Made by a program: the position numbers and the translations under genes
In this document: piece by piece, positions 9,295 to 18,351 of the stretch
Position numbering within the stretch: the first letter of the stretch is position 1
Layout of the letters: the number at the start of each line of letters is the position of its first letter
The notes under the pieces: generated by a model
Seen by the model: the letters and a program-made list of their open reading frames with translations, nothing else
Told to the model about the DNA's origin: nothing
Database searches by the model: none
Virus record (IMG/VR): IMGVR_UViG_3300037294_000266
Span: 62,001 to 126,000 of that record
Direction: 5' to 3' (one strand)
Length of the DNA stretch: 64,000 bases

Positions 9295-9634
9295 GAATAA
9301 CCCCTTCGTTGTCAATGTTCACTTCATCGCCATACACAGATCCAACGATACCACGACAGAACCATACCAAGATACTGCCGGCGCGACCATCGACTTCATC
9401 ACGCCAGTTAGGCCCTAGTTGTTCGATAAGCCATGAGGTTGTCTCTCGCCAGTGCTTGTCAATCAACACCCCACATTGAGCCCAGTCACGATCGGGTCGG
9501 AAGTATTCTCGATGTCCGGCGACCATCACACGCTTGCCAATGCCATATTCTGGCGGGACAACAGTGAATGTGTAGCCGAGTGCTTTTGCAAGCATGATGC
9601 GCAATGGCAGGTCTTCTAAATCAGTTGTTTTCAT
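9284..9634 (-). CDS. DUF2591/NinX-like phage protein
   Basis: YFRPDRDWAQCGVLIDKH resembles the F-x-P-x-x-D-W-A-Q-G-G-P-I-I motif. Confidence 0.6.
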   Translation of the reverse strand: MKTTDLEDLPLRIMLAKALGYTFTVVPPEYGIGKRVMVAGHREYFRPDRDWAQCGVLIDKHWRETTSWLIEQLGPNWRDEVDGRAGSILVWFCRGIVGSVYGDEVNIDNEGVIHVP

Positions 9635-9939
9635 ATTGACGCCTCGTATCCAGCTGGTAGTTCGTCAATAATCTTGGCCATTGATAGAGCAGACATGGAA
9701 TAATTAGACTTAAAACCAATCAGTCTAACGATTACACGGTCTTCCAATGACAAGGCGATCACATGCATACCTACTTTGCGAACGCTAGGGGGGATGACGT
9801 GACAGACAACTCCATATAGGACAGGCGAATCAACGAAAGGATTGCTGTGTGGAGACAGACATTCAACAATCATCCCTTCGGTTATCGAAGTCTCATCATC
9901 TTTCCAGCTTTTTAATGTAGCTTCAACCAATGGATGCAC
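9631..9939 (-). CDS. Hypothetical protein
   Basis: 102 aa, GAGG SD, downstream of the TACATTA motif. Confidence 0.65.
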   Translation of the reverse strand: MHPLVEATLKSWKDDETSITEGMIVECLSPHSNPFVDSPVLYGVVCHVIPPSVRKVGMHVIALSLEDRVIVRLIGFKSNYSMSALSMAKIIDELPAGYEASI

Positions 9940-10003
9940 GTTATCACTCCTCGTCTATTCAATCGTATAATGTATCTTCAAAAGAAAATTCAGCGTAGGT
10001 AGA

Positions 10004-10027
10004 GTCAGAGGGATTTCTCCCTCTGAC
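10004..10027. terminator. Intergenic stem-loop
   Basis: GTCAGAGGGA-TTTC-TCCCTCTGAC. Confidence 0.7.
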
Positions 10028-10035
10028 ATGGCAGT

Positions 10036-10245
10036 TTACTTTGCTTTCAACTGTCGTTCGGCAAAGTCAAGAAACTTAAACCAACCGACTGCGACCATCG
10101 TAGTTACAAACAGAAATGCTTGAACCGAGATAAAACGCAACCATACCTTCACGTCGGCTGGTTCACTGGCACTTACTTCTACTTTAAAGTAGAGGATGGT
10201 GAACACAACGACCCAGATCAACAACAAAATAAATAGAATCAGCAT
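10036..10245 (-). CDS. Small two-TM membrane protein
   Basis: Two hydrophobic helices. GAGG SD before ATG 10245. Confidence 0.6.
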   Translation of the reverse strand: MLILFILLLIWVVVFTILYFKVEVSASEPADVKVWLRFISVQAFLFVTTMVAVGWFKFLDFAERQLKAK

Positions 10246-10262
10246 AACAGCCTCGTTATACA

Positions 10263-10288
10263 ACAGCCCTCCCATCAGGGAGGGCTGT
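10263..10288. terminator. Intergenic stem-loop
   Basis: ACAGCCCTCCC-ATCA-GGGAGGGCTGT. Confidence 0.7.
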
Positions 10289-10302
10289 ATTGTGCATGTT
10301 AA

Positions 10303-11182
10303 TTAACGAACTGCTTTGAGCGTACCGTTGATGCCACGGGCGATAGCGCGCTTGACTTCACGTGCTTGTTTCTTCTCGAGGCCGTCGGTGTAGGTTTCGT
10401 TGTAGACAACCGTGGCGTTCATGCAGTAGGTGTCAGGCTTACCCCCAGGTGCTGGTCTTGATGCCATTGGTCATCTTCTCAGTCAGTTCACATGTGTAGT
10501 ACAACGGATTACCTGCCAGGTCTTTGGTGTCACTGAACGAGGATTCGGCGATCTCACCAACCATCAACTTAGGACCGAAGTCAGTAGTGATGTCTTTGGT
10601 AATAAAACCAGGACGACCAACGTAAAGCATGCCAGCGATGTTAACGCGAACACCGGCCTTCATGGTGTAACCTTGAGCCACGGCTTCTGCCGCCAGGTAC
10701 CAGTCGTCAAATTCAACAGGGAGTACGTCCTTGTAGTCTTTGTCAACAGCGCGGAAGTTGTCAAGCGTTACTTCAGCACCCGAGCCGGAAACAATAGCAA
10801 CCTTCTTGCTGGAGTTTTCTTTAGAGGTCATGTCAGCGAAATCACTAACACCACCAGTACCGAAGATCCAGAAGACAGCTTCAACGTGTGCATTGGTGAC
10901 TGAGATACTGCGCGGCAGACCACGGGAGACAACAGCATCGCCCTGCATGATAGCCATGTAGCAGCTACCATCAGACATCAGCTCTGCGTTCTCGATAGAA
11001 CCGCCAGTGTTGATGACTTCCAGCTCACCACCGATCTTGCGAACAATGTCGCTACCGATTTGAGAACCCAGGGCCTCGTATGCACCACCTTCACCACCCG
11101 TACAGATAGTGAGTGGTTTCAGATCAGCCAATGCGACGTTCGCCATGAACATCGTGAATACAGCAAGCAACATCTTTTTCAT
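10303..11182 (-). CDS. TAXI/TRAP-type periplasmic solute-binding protein, with apparent frameshift near 10440
   Basis: Signal peptide, ICTGGEGGAY, TGGSIENAELM, AIMQGD. The frame stops at TGG GGG TAA (10439), but removing one G gives 46 more codons ending at TAA 10303, just before the hairpin. Confidence 0.75.
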
Positions 11183-11242
11183 GTTTTACTTCCTCGATTT
11201 AATGGGGTGTTGCGGTTTAAGTGAATCTAAGGGATTGACGCA

Positions 11243-11539
11243 TCAGACAGCAATTGGAGCAGAGATAGCAGCGTCGTGGACGTAATCAACCAGTTCGAAG
11301 TCATCAATGGTGAAACCGAAAATATCCTTAACATCAGGATTGATCTTCATCGTTGGCAGTGCATGCGGTGTACGGGTCAGTTGCAGATCAACCTGTTCCA
11401 CGTGGTTGCTGTAAATGTGGATGTCGCCACCCGTCCAGATGAACTCGCCAGGAACCATGTTAGTAGCCTGAGCCACCATCATGACCAGTAATGCGTAGCT
11501 GGCGATGTTAAACGGAACTCCCAAGAAGACGTCACAACT
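11243..11539 (-). CDS. thyA: Thymidylate synthase exon 2
   Basis: [18 protein letters not shown]...GDIHIYSNH...ISAPIAV. Confidence 0.95.
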   Translation of the reverse strand, partial: SCDVFLGVPFNIASYALLVMMVAQATNMVPGEFIWTGGDIHIYSNHVEQVDLQLTRTPHALPTMKINPDVKDIFGFTIDDFELVDYVHDAAISAPIAV

Positions 11540-12625
11540 CATTATATTCAGTTAGGTTCGTTAATCCTAACCCGCCTCTCAGTAGCAGGCAGCTGCATGT
11601 CGCCATGCAGAGTAGACTATATCACACTCCACTTCCATGTGGAGTCCTCCCATTTCGAGTCCACTTGGACCCTACAATACTCGGTTCGCCATTATCATCA
11701 ATGTGGCGCCTTTCTTTAGTCGTTGGGCCTTACCGTAGTCCGTATCCACTGTATTTTGGGTTCTTGCTTTTGATCCTGTAATGGATCGTAGGAACTGGAA
11801 TTCCTAACTGCCGGCCTGCCTCGGCCAGCGAAGGATAGACAACGCCATCTATAACCACACTGAGTGTGTTTGGCGGTATATTTCCTTTACGGGCTTCTGA
11901 CAACTTTGCGCGAGTTTCGAGGGTGTGACTACGGCCAAAGAACGGGTTACTTTCACCAGTCCTTGCAGATGCTATTTCAGAAAGTCGTTTTCGAGTCTCT
12001 TCTGATCTAACACTACCTGTAGCGTAACTGTTTCCTCGTTGAATATCGGATAAACGAGCAATGACTTCAGCAGTATGACTGCGCCCAAACATTCCGTTTG
12101 ATTCGCCTTGCCTTCCGTACACCTGTACTCGTTCTTCTTCCGTCATTCTTTCCAGCCGTAATCTAAGAGAATCACCTATCCGAGAAATTATATCTTCTCG
12201 ATCAGGATGTCTCGTTAGATTATCGCCACCGATAGCCTGCGTACCGATATTGAGGCACTTCTTATTAAAAGTACCGCGACGGATTAAATGATCTTCGCAC
12301 TTGTAAGCTTCTTCCCTAGAATCGTACTCTTGGATAGATGCTCGCATTTCATGGCCAGCGTCAAATAGCTGCTGAAGTAACTGGTTATGATGAGTCCCAT
12401 TATAGAGCTCTCGCTCATGCCGGTCTAATCGCTTGTCCAGTTCACCAGTGCTACCGACGTAGTAACTTCCAGTATTCAAATCAGTGATTACGTATGTGTA
12501 GTACATTGTCGTCTCCTTTGGATAGGAAACGGACTACGGCTTTAGCAACGGATTGTCTCTTAGAGAGTTCCCCGTTTTAGAGAGGTTTTCAAGATAGCTT
12601 ACGCTATCAGGGCGCAGTTTGATTT
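11540..12625 (-). mobile_element. Group I self-splicing intron (1086 nt) in thyA
   Basis: 5' exon ends in U with P1 GCGUA/UGCGC including the U.G pair. P-like AAAACGGGGAAC, Q-like AAUCCGUUGCU, R-like CCCAACGACUAAA, S-like GAUAUAGUCU, terminal G. Splicing restores LYQR|SCDVFLG. Confidence 0.93.
11730..12506 (-). CDS. Intron-encoded GIY-YIG homing endonuclease (I-TevI-like)
   Basis: YTYVI...YYVGST...R...H catalytic domain, three NUMOD3-like HT/S-x-E-T-R-x-K-L-S repeats and a C-terminal HTH. Flanked by the P6a arms GCCGTAGTCCGT / ACGGACTACGGT. Confidence 0.93.
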   Translation of the reverse strand: MYYTYVITDLNTGSYYVGSTGELDKRLDRHERELYNGTHHNQLLQQLFDAGHEMRASIQEYDSREEAYKCEDHLIRRGTFNKKCLNIGTQAIGGDNLTRHPDREDIISRIGDSLRLRLERMTEEERVQVYGRQGESNGMFGRSHTAEVIARLSDIQRGNSYATGSVRSEETRKRLSEIASARTGESNPFFGRSHTLETRAKLSEARKGNIPPNTLSVVIDGVVYPSLAEAGRQLGIPVPTIHYRIKSKNPKYSGYGLR

Positions 12626-13726
12626 ACGCTGGTAGAGCTGACAATAGAGACGCCGTTCTGGAACACCCAGTTCATTCAAGACCAGTGTTGCATTGACAAT
12701 TCCGCCCTGAGGGTCTTCACCTACTACGAAGCCTTTCTTCTTAGCAAGTTCTTGACGTTCTTCAAACGACAACGGAGCCGTGTAGAACTGGAACAGGCAG
12801 TGACATGGCGGTAAAGCCATCTGATCCACTTCAGCAGGGTTCCAGGCACTGACGATCAACCGCCGGCTGTCTGGGTTGTTCTTGAGCTGATTGATCAAGT
12901 TGGCGATCTGATCAATGGCCGGATTGATAACTTTAGCCACCCGCCGTTCTTTTGGAACGCCAAGACGATCGAAGGTTTCCGATAGGTTCTTCAACGCCTC
13001 GTTGCGCTCAGGACCGCTTGGTTTGACATACGCCTTACCAAGGAGTTCGAAGTAATCGTCGTGCTGATTGGCTTCGACACAGCGTTCGTAGATCGACAGG
13101 TTTTCACCCAACTTCACCATCTGAGGGTTTGGCCAAGAGCGCCACTGACTACCGTAGACAGGACCGAGTTCACCAGCGATCAGTTTCTTAGTTTCGATGC
13201 CGTAGAACTCAGCAATGTGCTTGTACGCATATGCCTGAGCCTGGGGTTCAGTCTCGTGATTGTCGAAGGCTTCTTTCTTACAGCGATTGTAGAAGTCCTC
13301 AGTCACAAGGAACAGTACGGCAGGATTGCTCTCAGGCCCTAGCATCTCAAATGAGATGTCGACTGGTTGATCGGCATGTTCGATTCCAGCCAGCCGGTCG
13401 GCTTTGAAGCGCTTTTTGATGCCGGTATGAAGTTCGGAAATGGTCAGATCTTGCCATTCTTCCGTACCTTCTTTGATCCACTCGTCCCAGATGGAGACGC
13501 CGTTTTCCTTCAGGTAACGGATGTTGGTCTCACCTTTAAGGAACCACAGGAGTTCGTGGATGATGGACTTCAGGTGGGTCTTCTTGGTCGTAACCAATGG
13601 AAATCCGTCAGACAGATCAAAACGCATCTGGTGACCGAAGATGGAGTACGTCCCTGTCCCGGTTCGGTCTTGCTTATACCTGCCGGTTTCACGGATGATG
13701 CGGAGGAGATCAAGATACTGTTTCAT
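12626..13726 (-). CDS. thyA: Thymidylate synthase exon 1
   Basis: DRTGTGT, FPLVTTKK, ELLWFL, LGPVYGSQWRSW, DSRRLIVSAWNP, LPPCH, LYQR. Spliced product is 465 aa. Confidence 0.95.
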
Positions 13727-13735
13727 GCTGTTTCC

Positions 13736-13972
13736 TTATTTGAAGAACACTTGGCATGAACGCCCGGTGAACTTGGCTTCGGTAAGGTAAATTTCATTAC
13801 CATTAACTTGCTTGGTCAAGACACGGCAAGCAGACGTTTCCATTACAACGGTGGGGTTATCAGGCACAGTCGTGACGCGTGTATCTACCACTTGTTTGTG
13901 CTGCATGAACGCGAAGAAAAGAGCCAGTACAACGACGATGACGATTAAGGCTGCCGTGACAACTGTTTTCAT
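13736..13972 (-). CDS. Small N-terminally anchored membrane protein
   Basis: N-terminal TM helix, ATGA overlap. Confidence 0.6.
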   Translation of the reverse strand: MKTVVTAALIVIVVVLALFFAFMQHKQVVDTRVTTVPDNPTVVMETSACRVLTKQVNGNEIYLTEAKFTGRSCQVFFK

Positions 13973-14319
13973 GATGTCTCCTCAACTGCACTTGGGTTGA
14001 AAGAGATGACGCCGGTAGGGCCAGCAATGTCACGCAGGTTCATGTACGTATCGACACTGAGCTGCACCAGAATGACATCGGTCAAGAACACGTTGCCGGT
14101 ATTCATCAGGGAGGTGACGTTGTCCTCAATCAGTCCATTGACTAAACGAGGTATTTTCTCGCCCAGCAGACCAACATCCTCACGGATAACATCAATCACC
14201 TCAGCTGAGATACGGATGAAATTCCAGAGTGATTTGAGATCACGACCGGTCTGAGTATCGTAATGGGCGATGATCTCATTAGCCTTAATCTTGTTAACTG
14301 CGATGATAACCTGCATCAA
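13969..14319 (-). CDS. Hypothetical protein
   Basis: 116 aa, ATGA overlap. Confidence 0.65.
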   Translation of the reverse strand: MMQVIIAVNKIKANEIIAHYDTQTGRDLKSLWNFIRISAEVIDVIREDVGLLGEKIPRLVNGLIEDNVTSLMNTGNVFLTDVILVQLSVDTYMNLRDIAGPTGVISFNPSAVEETS

Positions 14320-14663
14320 AGTTCTCCAGGTTCAAGATGATCGTCGCCGGTACTTTTCTCAGCACTGCGTCCGCTTGAATTGAGTCTGAAACGCTCGGCT
14401 GCTCCAGAGTCAATGAACTCCTTGTACTCGACCAGTTCTTTATAGCTGTTCTTCAAACCTTCCAGCCCACAGTAAATGATTTCACGGTGGCCTGAACCAA
14501 ATCCGGATTCGGAAGCACACCAGTCATCATCATTGTGTTTAACACCCCGGCCGATATCGGCAAACGAGACAGTCTTCCAGAGACCTCGTCCCGTTTCAAT
14601 AGCCAGGGCTGTAATGGCCGTTTTGAGTTCATCGACTGTTTCAGGGACTTTGCTCTCCATCAT
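14316..14663 (-). CDS. Hypothetical protein
   Basis: GGAGG SD, ATGA overlap. Confidence 0.65.
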   Translation of the reverse strand: MMESKVPETVDELKTAITALAIETGRGLWKTVSFADIGRGVKHNDDDWCASESGFGSGHREIIYCGLEGLKNSYKELVEYKEFIDSGAAERFRLNSSGRSAEKSTGDDHLEPGEL

Positions 14664-15088
14664 TCCCTCCAACGTGGCTTTCGAGCCAGTAAATCAATGA
14701 GCGCTTGATTCGGCTTGGCATCTGCATTATCAGTAAGAGCGGTAAGTCGATCAAACGCCTCGGGAGACAATTCGATCCGTTCGGCACGGATACTGAACAG
14801 AGTTAATTTATCCTCACGTTCTACTTCACGCTTCAGCAGCCGAGAAGCAATGTCACGCGCTTCCTTAGGAATGCCCACGGTATCTGGACGTTCGCCGGTT
14901 TGCCACGCTTCCTGATCGAGGAGATTTGGAGACTCTTGATGATTGTCGTACAGTACCGCCAGCATTGTATAAATACCGGTCGTAGCACGATCTTTAAGAA
15001 GGTCTTCAGGGAGGATGTACTGATCATCAACACCTTCAGATTTCAACTTGTTCTTGTACAATTGATACAGTTCAGAGAAATCACTCAT
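14660..15088 (-). CDS. Protein with C-terminal DUF1778/TacA-antitoxin-like segment
   Basis: C-terminus IELSPEAFDRLTALTDNADAKPNQALIDLLARKPRW fits the DUF1778 tail pattern. Start at the ATGA overlap, 15088. Confidence 0.6.
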   Translation of the reverse strand: MSDFSELYQLYKNKLKSEGVDDQYILPEDLLKDRATTGIYTMLAVLYDNHQESPNLLDQEAWQTGERPDTVGIPKEARDIASRLLKREVEREDKLTLFSIRAERIELSPEAFDRLTALTDNADAKPNQALIDLLARKPRWRE

Positions 15089-15318
15089 GCTACACCCCAC
15101 ATTTGCATCACACGTTCTACCAGTAAGTACATGGCATACGGCGGCATGATAACGGCAAACAGACACGACCAGAAACCCTTAGCCAGTACAATACCAGCGA
15201 GCCACCAGACGACAAAGATGAACAAGAATAACCCACCACCGCCAGTGACTCGTTCTACCCGGATGATGTTGGTGGTCTTGGCTGGAGCTTTGTTAGTTTC
15301 TTCGGTCATGTCACTCAC
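15085..15318 (-). CDS. Small two-TM membrane protein
   Basis: Hydrophobic segments GLFLFIFVVWWLAG and FAVIMPPYAMYLL. Confidence 0.65.
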   Translation of the reverse strand: MSDMTEETNKAPAKTTNIIRVERVTGGGGLFLFIFVVWWLAGIVLAKGFWSCLFAVIMPPYAMYLLVERVMQMWGVA

Positions 15319-15660
15319 TCAAAAATCTGAAATGAACGTGAAGTTATAGTCGTAAATGCGGAGACTATAACGCTTGTGATCCACTGTGTCCAGATCGAGG
15401 CCATACTTCTCACGCATGTACTGCATGTTACGCTCTCTGACCTCCTCAGACTCGTTCTCAGTAAGTTTCAGACCGTTGCGTATCGTACGGTAGAACGTGA
15501 AGAAGTCACGCGGGATTGGTGGCTCTGGAGGTCTTGCGTAGACTGGCTTATCGCGGCAATGTTCGACATAGGCTTTAATGGAAGGACATTCCTTCCAGTT
15601 TGAAAGGATAGTTGCTTCGTTATCAGGACGGACATTAATATCAAACACAGCAGACCTCAT
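15319..15660 (-). CDS. Hypothetical protein
   Basis: 113 aa. Confidence 0.65.
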   Translation of the reverse strand: MRSAVFDINVRPDNEATILSNWKECPSIKAYVEHCRDKPVYARPPEPPIPRDFFTFYRTIRNGLKLTENESEEVRERNMQYMREKYGLDLDTVDHKRYSLRIYDYNFTFISDF

Positions 15661-15709
15661 CTAGTGGCATGTCATAGTGACAGTTCATTCAAAATGACAT
15701 GACGACGGC

Positions 15710-15743
15710 ATATGGGAGAGCGGCACCTGCCGCTCTCCCATAT
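15710..15743. terminator. Intergenic stem-loop, 15-bp perfect stem
   Basis: ATATGGGAGAGCGGC-ACCT-GCCGCTCTCCCATAT. Confidence 0.75.
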
Positions 15744-15747
15744 TTAA

Positions 15748-16446
15748 TCAACCTACTTGTTCAAGAGAAGGCTGGTCGCAATGACCGACAGTGCCCACGT
15801 TAACAGGCATGCCCGCAGAAGCATAGGTCTTGCCGAAAACATTGTCCGTGTAGAACGGTTCACAGCGATACATGCGATCAACCGAATTGACACAATGGAT
15901 AGGGCGAACAAAACGAGCGAACTCGAAAGCCGTCAGATCGAATCGCTGTTGGATGGACAGGCGGTTATACGGCACGGGCGCTGGCACCGATGGCATGTTA
16001 CGCATGGCGATGTCCAACGTTTCAACCGCAGCGCAATCGTCTGGTAAATCCAGGGTGTCCAACCAATGCATTTCTCGGCAGCTCAGTTGAGTCACTGCAC
16101 GGTGCCGGTTCAATGCCGAGGAGATGTCATGAGGGGTGTGGAGCGAGATGAACATCAGATCGTTAGCTGACGTGTAAGCGCCTTCGTCCTTGCCACGTTC
16201 GGCGTCAACCGCAGCCATAGCCCGCCATAACGTGTTCCACGAGCCAGAAGGCCGGATGCGGAAGATCTTGACATGTTTGCCAGAGAGACCGACGGTCTTC
16301 TTGTTCAACTCACTCCCAGCAATCAGGAAGAACTCCTTAACGTTAGGGTTCTTCTCGATCACCTGAATAGCTTGTTCGTAGTCATTGACGAACACGATAG
16401 CGTGGCTCAGCAGTGACAGAGGGACTGTGCTATTAACATCTTTCAT
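15748..16446 (-). CDS. Hypothetical protein
   Basis: 232 aa, AGGA SD. Confidence 0.7.
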   Translation of the reverse strand: MKDVNSTVPLSLLSHAIVFVNDYEQAIQVIEKNPNVKEFFLIAGSELNKKTVGLSGKHVKIFRIRPSGSWNTLWRAMAAVDAERGKDEGAYTSANDLMFISLHTPHDISSALNRHRAVTQLSCREMHWLDTLDLPDDCAAVETLDIAMRNMPSVPAPVPYNRLSIQQRFDLTAFEFARFVRPIHCVNSVDRMYRCEPFYTDNVFGKTYASAGMPVNVGTVGHCDQPSLEQVG

Positions 16447-16487
16447 GAGGTTTCCTTACTTCTTTGGTTAGGTCAGGATTATTACAG

Positions 16488-16784
16488 CTAGAGTAATTCT
16501 GGGTCTACAGTACAGGTGCTATAAAATCCAAAGAGTATCTCAATGGATTCTACTAAGGTGTACGTGGTCGGAGTGACGTCTTTGATGTCAAGTCGCTCGA
16601 CCATTGCGTCCAATTTACGGCTGTATTCTTCCGTAATATCGGTCACGTATTTCAGTTGGATGGATTTCATGATCCGCCAAAGGGATTTGAACTCATTGAC
16701 TGCTCGATGCGACTTAGCTCGCTCAAGGTCATTGGTAAAACGTTCGAGATTATCAAACGTCTCCATCCATTTTATATTCAACAT
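16488..16784 (-). CDS. Hypothetical protein
   Basis: 98 aa, GTG start behind AGGAG. Confidence 0.6.
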   Translation of the reverse strand: MLNIKWMETFDNLERFTNDLERAKSHRAVNEFKSLWRIMKSIQLKYVTDITEEYSRKLDAMVERLDIKDVTPTTYTLVESIEILFGFYSTCTVDPELL

Positions 16785-16785
16785 G

Positions 16786-17271
16786 TCACTGTCTCCTAAC
16801 TAACTGCAATTCGGCTTGAGCAGGCTGTGCTGCGACCTCAGCTAAGACCGGACTGTCTTTATCAAGGATCTGTGCTTCTACATCTGATTTTCTACGACGC
16901 ATCATGCCACCTGAGTAAATGACTGGCGGCACAGAGATCAAGTTCAACTGACCATCTGTCATCGCGCCACCGGCATTAGCAGCGATCACATAGCGAATGG
17001 AGCTGTACGGGATGAACATGACATGATGACAGGCATCGAACCTGACAGCGATTGTAAGTTCTTCTGCGCCGAAATCAAGTTGCGTGGTGAACCCAGGAGC
17101 AACACAGATAATGAAGTCCGTGTCGTCTTCCCGACTGATTGCATTGAGCACCCCGTCTACTAACAGCGCGTTATCAACTACTAGACAGGCACGTGCGTGA
17201 CGTTCTGTAAAGTAATCAATTGCTGCTCGGATGAGGTGTTTGGCCCAAGTAGTGGGCGGGGAATGGTCCAT
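16786..17271 (-). CDS. sspB: SspB-like ClpXP adaptor homologue
   Basis: KHLIRAAIDYF / CLVVD / IICVAPGFTTQLDFGAEELTIAVRF / IPYSSIRYV align by eye with E. coli SspB (PYLLRAFYEWL / HLVVD / LNIAPRAVGNLELANDEVRFNARF / VPLAAVLAI). C-terminal LQLVRRQ resembles the XB motif LRVVK. Confidence 0.7.
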   Translation of the reverse strand: MDHSPPTTWAKHLIRAAIDYFTERHARACLVVDNALLVDGVLNAISREDDTDFIICVAPGFTTQLDFGAEELTIAVRFDACHHVMFIPYSSIRYVIAANAGGAMTDGQLNLISVPPVIYSGGMMRRRKSDVEAQILDKDSPVLAEVAAQPAQAELQLVRRQ

Positions 17272-17318
17272 GGACAGTACCTGTAAGTAGTTACGGATTG
17301 TGCCATAGGATCACTCGA

Positions 17319-18050
17319 TCACTCGTCTTCTAGGCACTCTGTGTCGAAGAACACCACCCCGGTCTCTTCATCTAACAAAAGGTTGAGGTTGGTAAGGTGC
17401 GAATTCCCACTGACTAGTTGAAAGGCCTGAACCAAGATAAAGTCCACGATGCCAGTTTCAACATCGACGACATCAATAGGACCTTGAACAAGTACCGTGT
17501 AGGCTTGACCATTGATACGCAACAGTCGGTTGATCATAGGGGCGGTGTAATCAGCACTGGCCAGACTGACCAGATCAGAACGATACGGTGTGTTGAACAG
17601 CATGGCGTAGATACGGTGGGTCAACGACCCTAGCAAAGCGTTTGTCGGGACCAGCATGTGCATGTCAACGTCCTTAAAGCTAAGGCACTGAACATGTTCA
17701 GCCTGACCAGCGATAGCCTTAAGTTCTGCGGTGAGGGCGGCATCTAACTGGATATCAACCGATGTACTGACGAGCAACAGGTCTTTGTTGAACGTCATGA
17801 CTGTACAAAACTTCCCGCCATTGTAATCAGACAACGGGATACAGCTGACCACAGTCATCATGTCGCCATCTAGCTTGACGTTAGGTACGTCAATGCCATG
17901 TTCCACCAATCGCCAAGCAGCAAGCAGAACTGCGTATGCGTCAGCCACTTCTGGTGCTTCGTGGATATCGATGGTGTATTCGATACGAATATCAATAGCC
18001 AGTTTATTCAATACAGCAGCCAAAGCCATTGTTGTATTTCGATTCGACAT
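17319..18050 (-). CDS. Hypothetical protein
   Basis: 243 aa, AGGA SD. Confidence 0.7.
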   Translation of the reverse strand: MSNRNTTMALAAVLNKLAIDIRIEYTIDIHEAPEVADAYAVLLAAWRLVEHGIDVPNVKLDGDMMTVVSCIPLSDYNGGKFCTVMTFNKDLLLVSTSVDIQLDAALTAELKAIAGQAEHVQCLSFKDVDMHMLVPTNALLGSLTHRIYAMLFNTPYRSDLVSLASADYTAPMINRLLRINGQAYTVLVQGPIDVVDVETGIVDFILVQAFQLVSGNSHLTNLNLLLDEETGVVFFDTECLEDE

Positions 18051-18102
18051 GATAGATCCTTGTTTGTCTTCATAAGACTCGGTGAAAGGTTTTTTATTTA
18101 AG

Positions 18103-18351
18103 TCAAGTGACTGACACTTTATCTTTCCACTCTAAGAACAGGAACAGTCCGTAAACGATGTAAATAAAGAGAACTGGATAAAGTAAGCCACAGTCCTTAA
18201 AATGCTTAAAGAGGGGTTTACTCTCTACGTCACAGTCAATCTCTATCCAGTTCTTTGGAGGCGGATAAGCCTGATTGCGGACAACCACCATGATACTTAT
18301 CAGGATGATTAACGATAACAATAGAAGAACAATTACCTGCACGAGGGTCAT
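18103..18351 (-). CDS. Small membrane protein
   Basis: Two hydrophobic helices. Confidence 0.6.
   Translation of the reverse strand: MTLVQVIVLLLLSLIILISIMVVVRNQAYPPPKNWIEIDCDVESKPLFKHFKDCGLLYPVLFIYIVYGLFLFLEWKDKVSVT

Noticed and set aside
11243-11542. 99-aa ORF as an independent gene
   Set aside because: Its ATG is the last three intron bases (terminal G at 11540). The rest is thyA exon 2.
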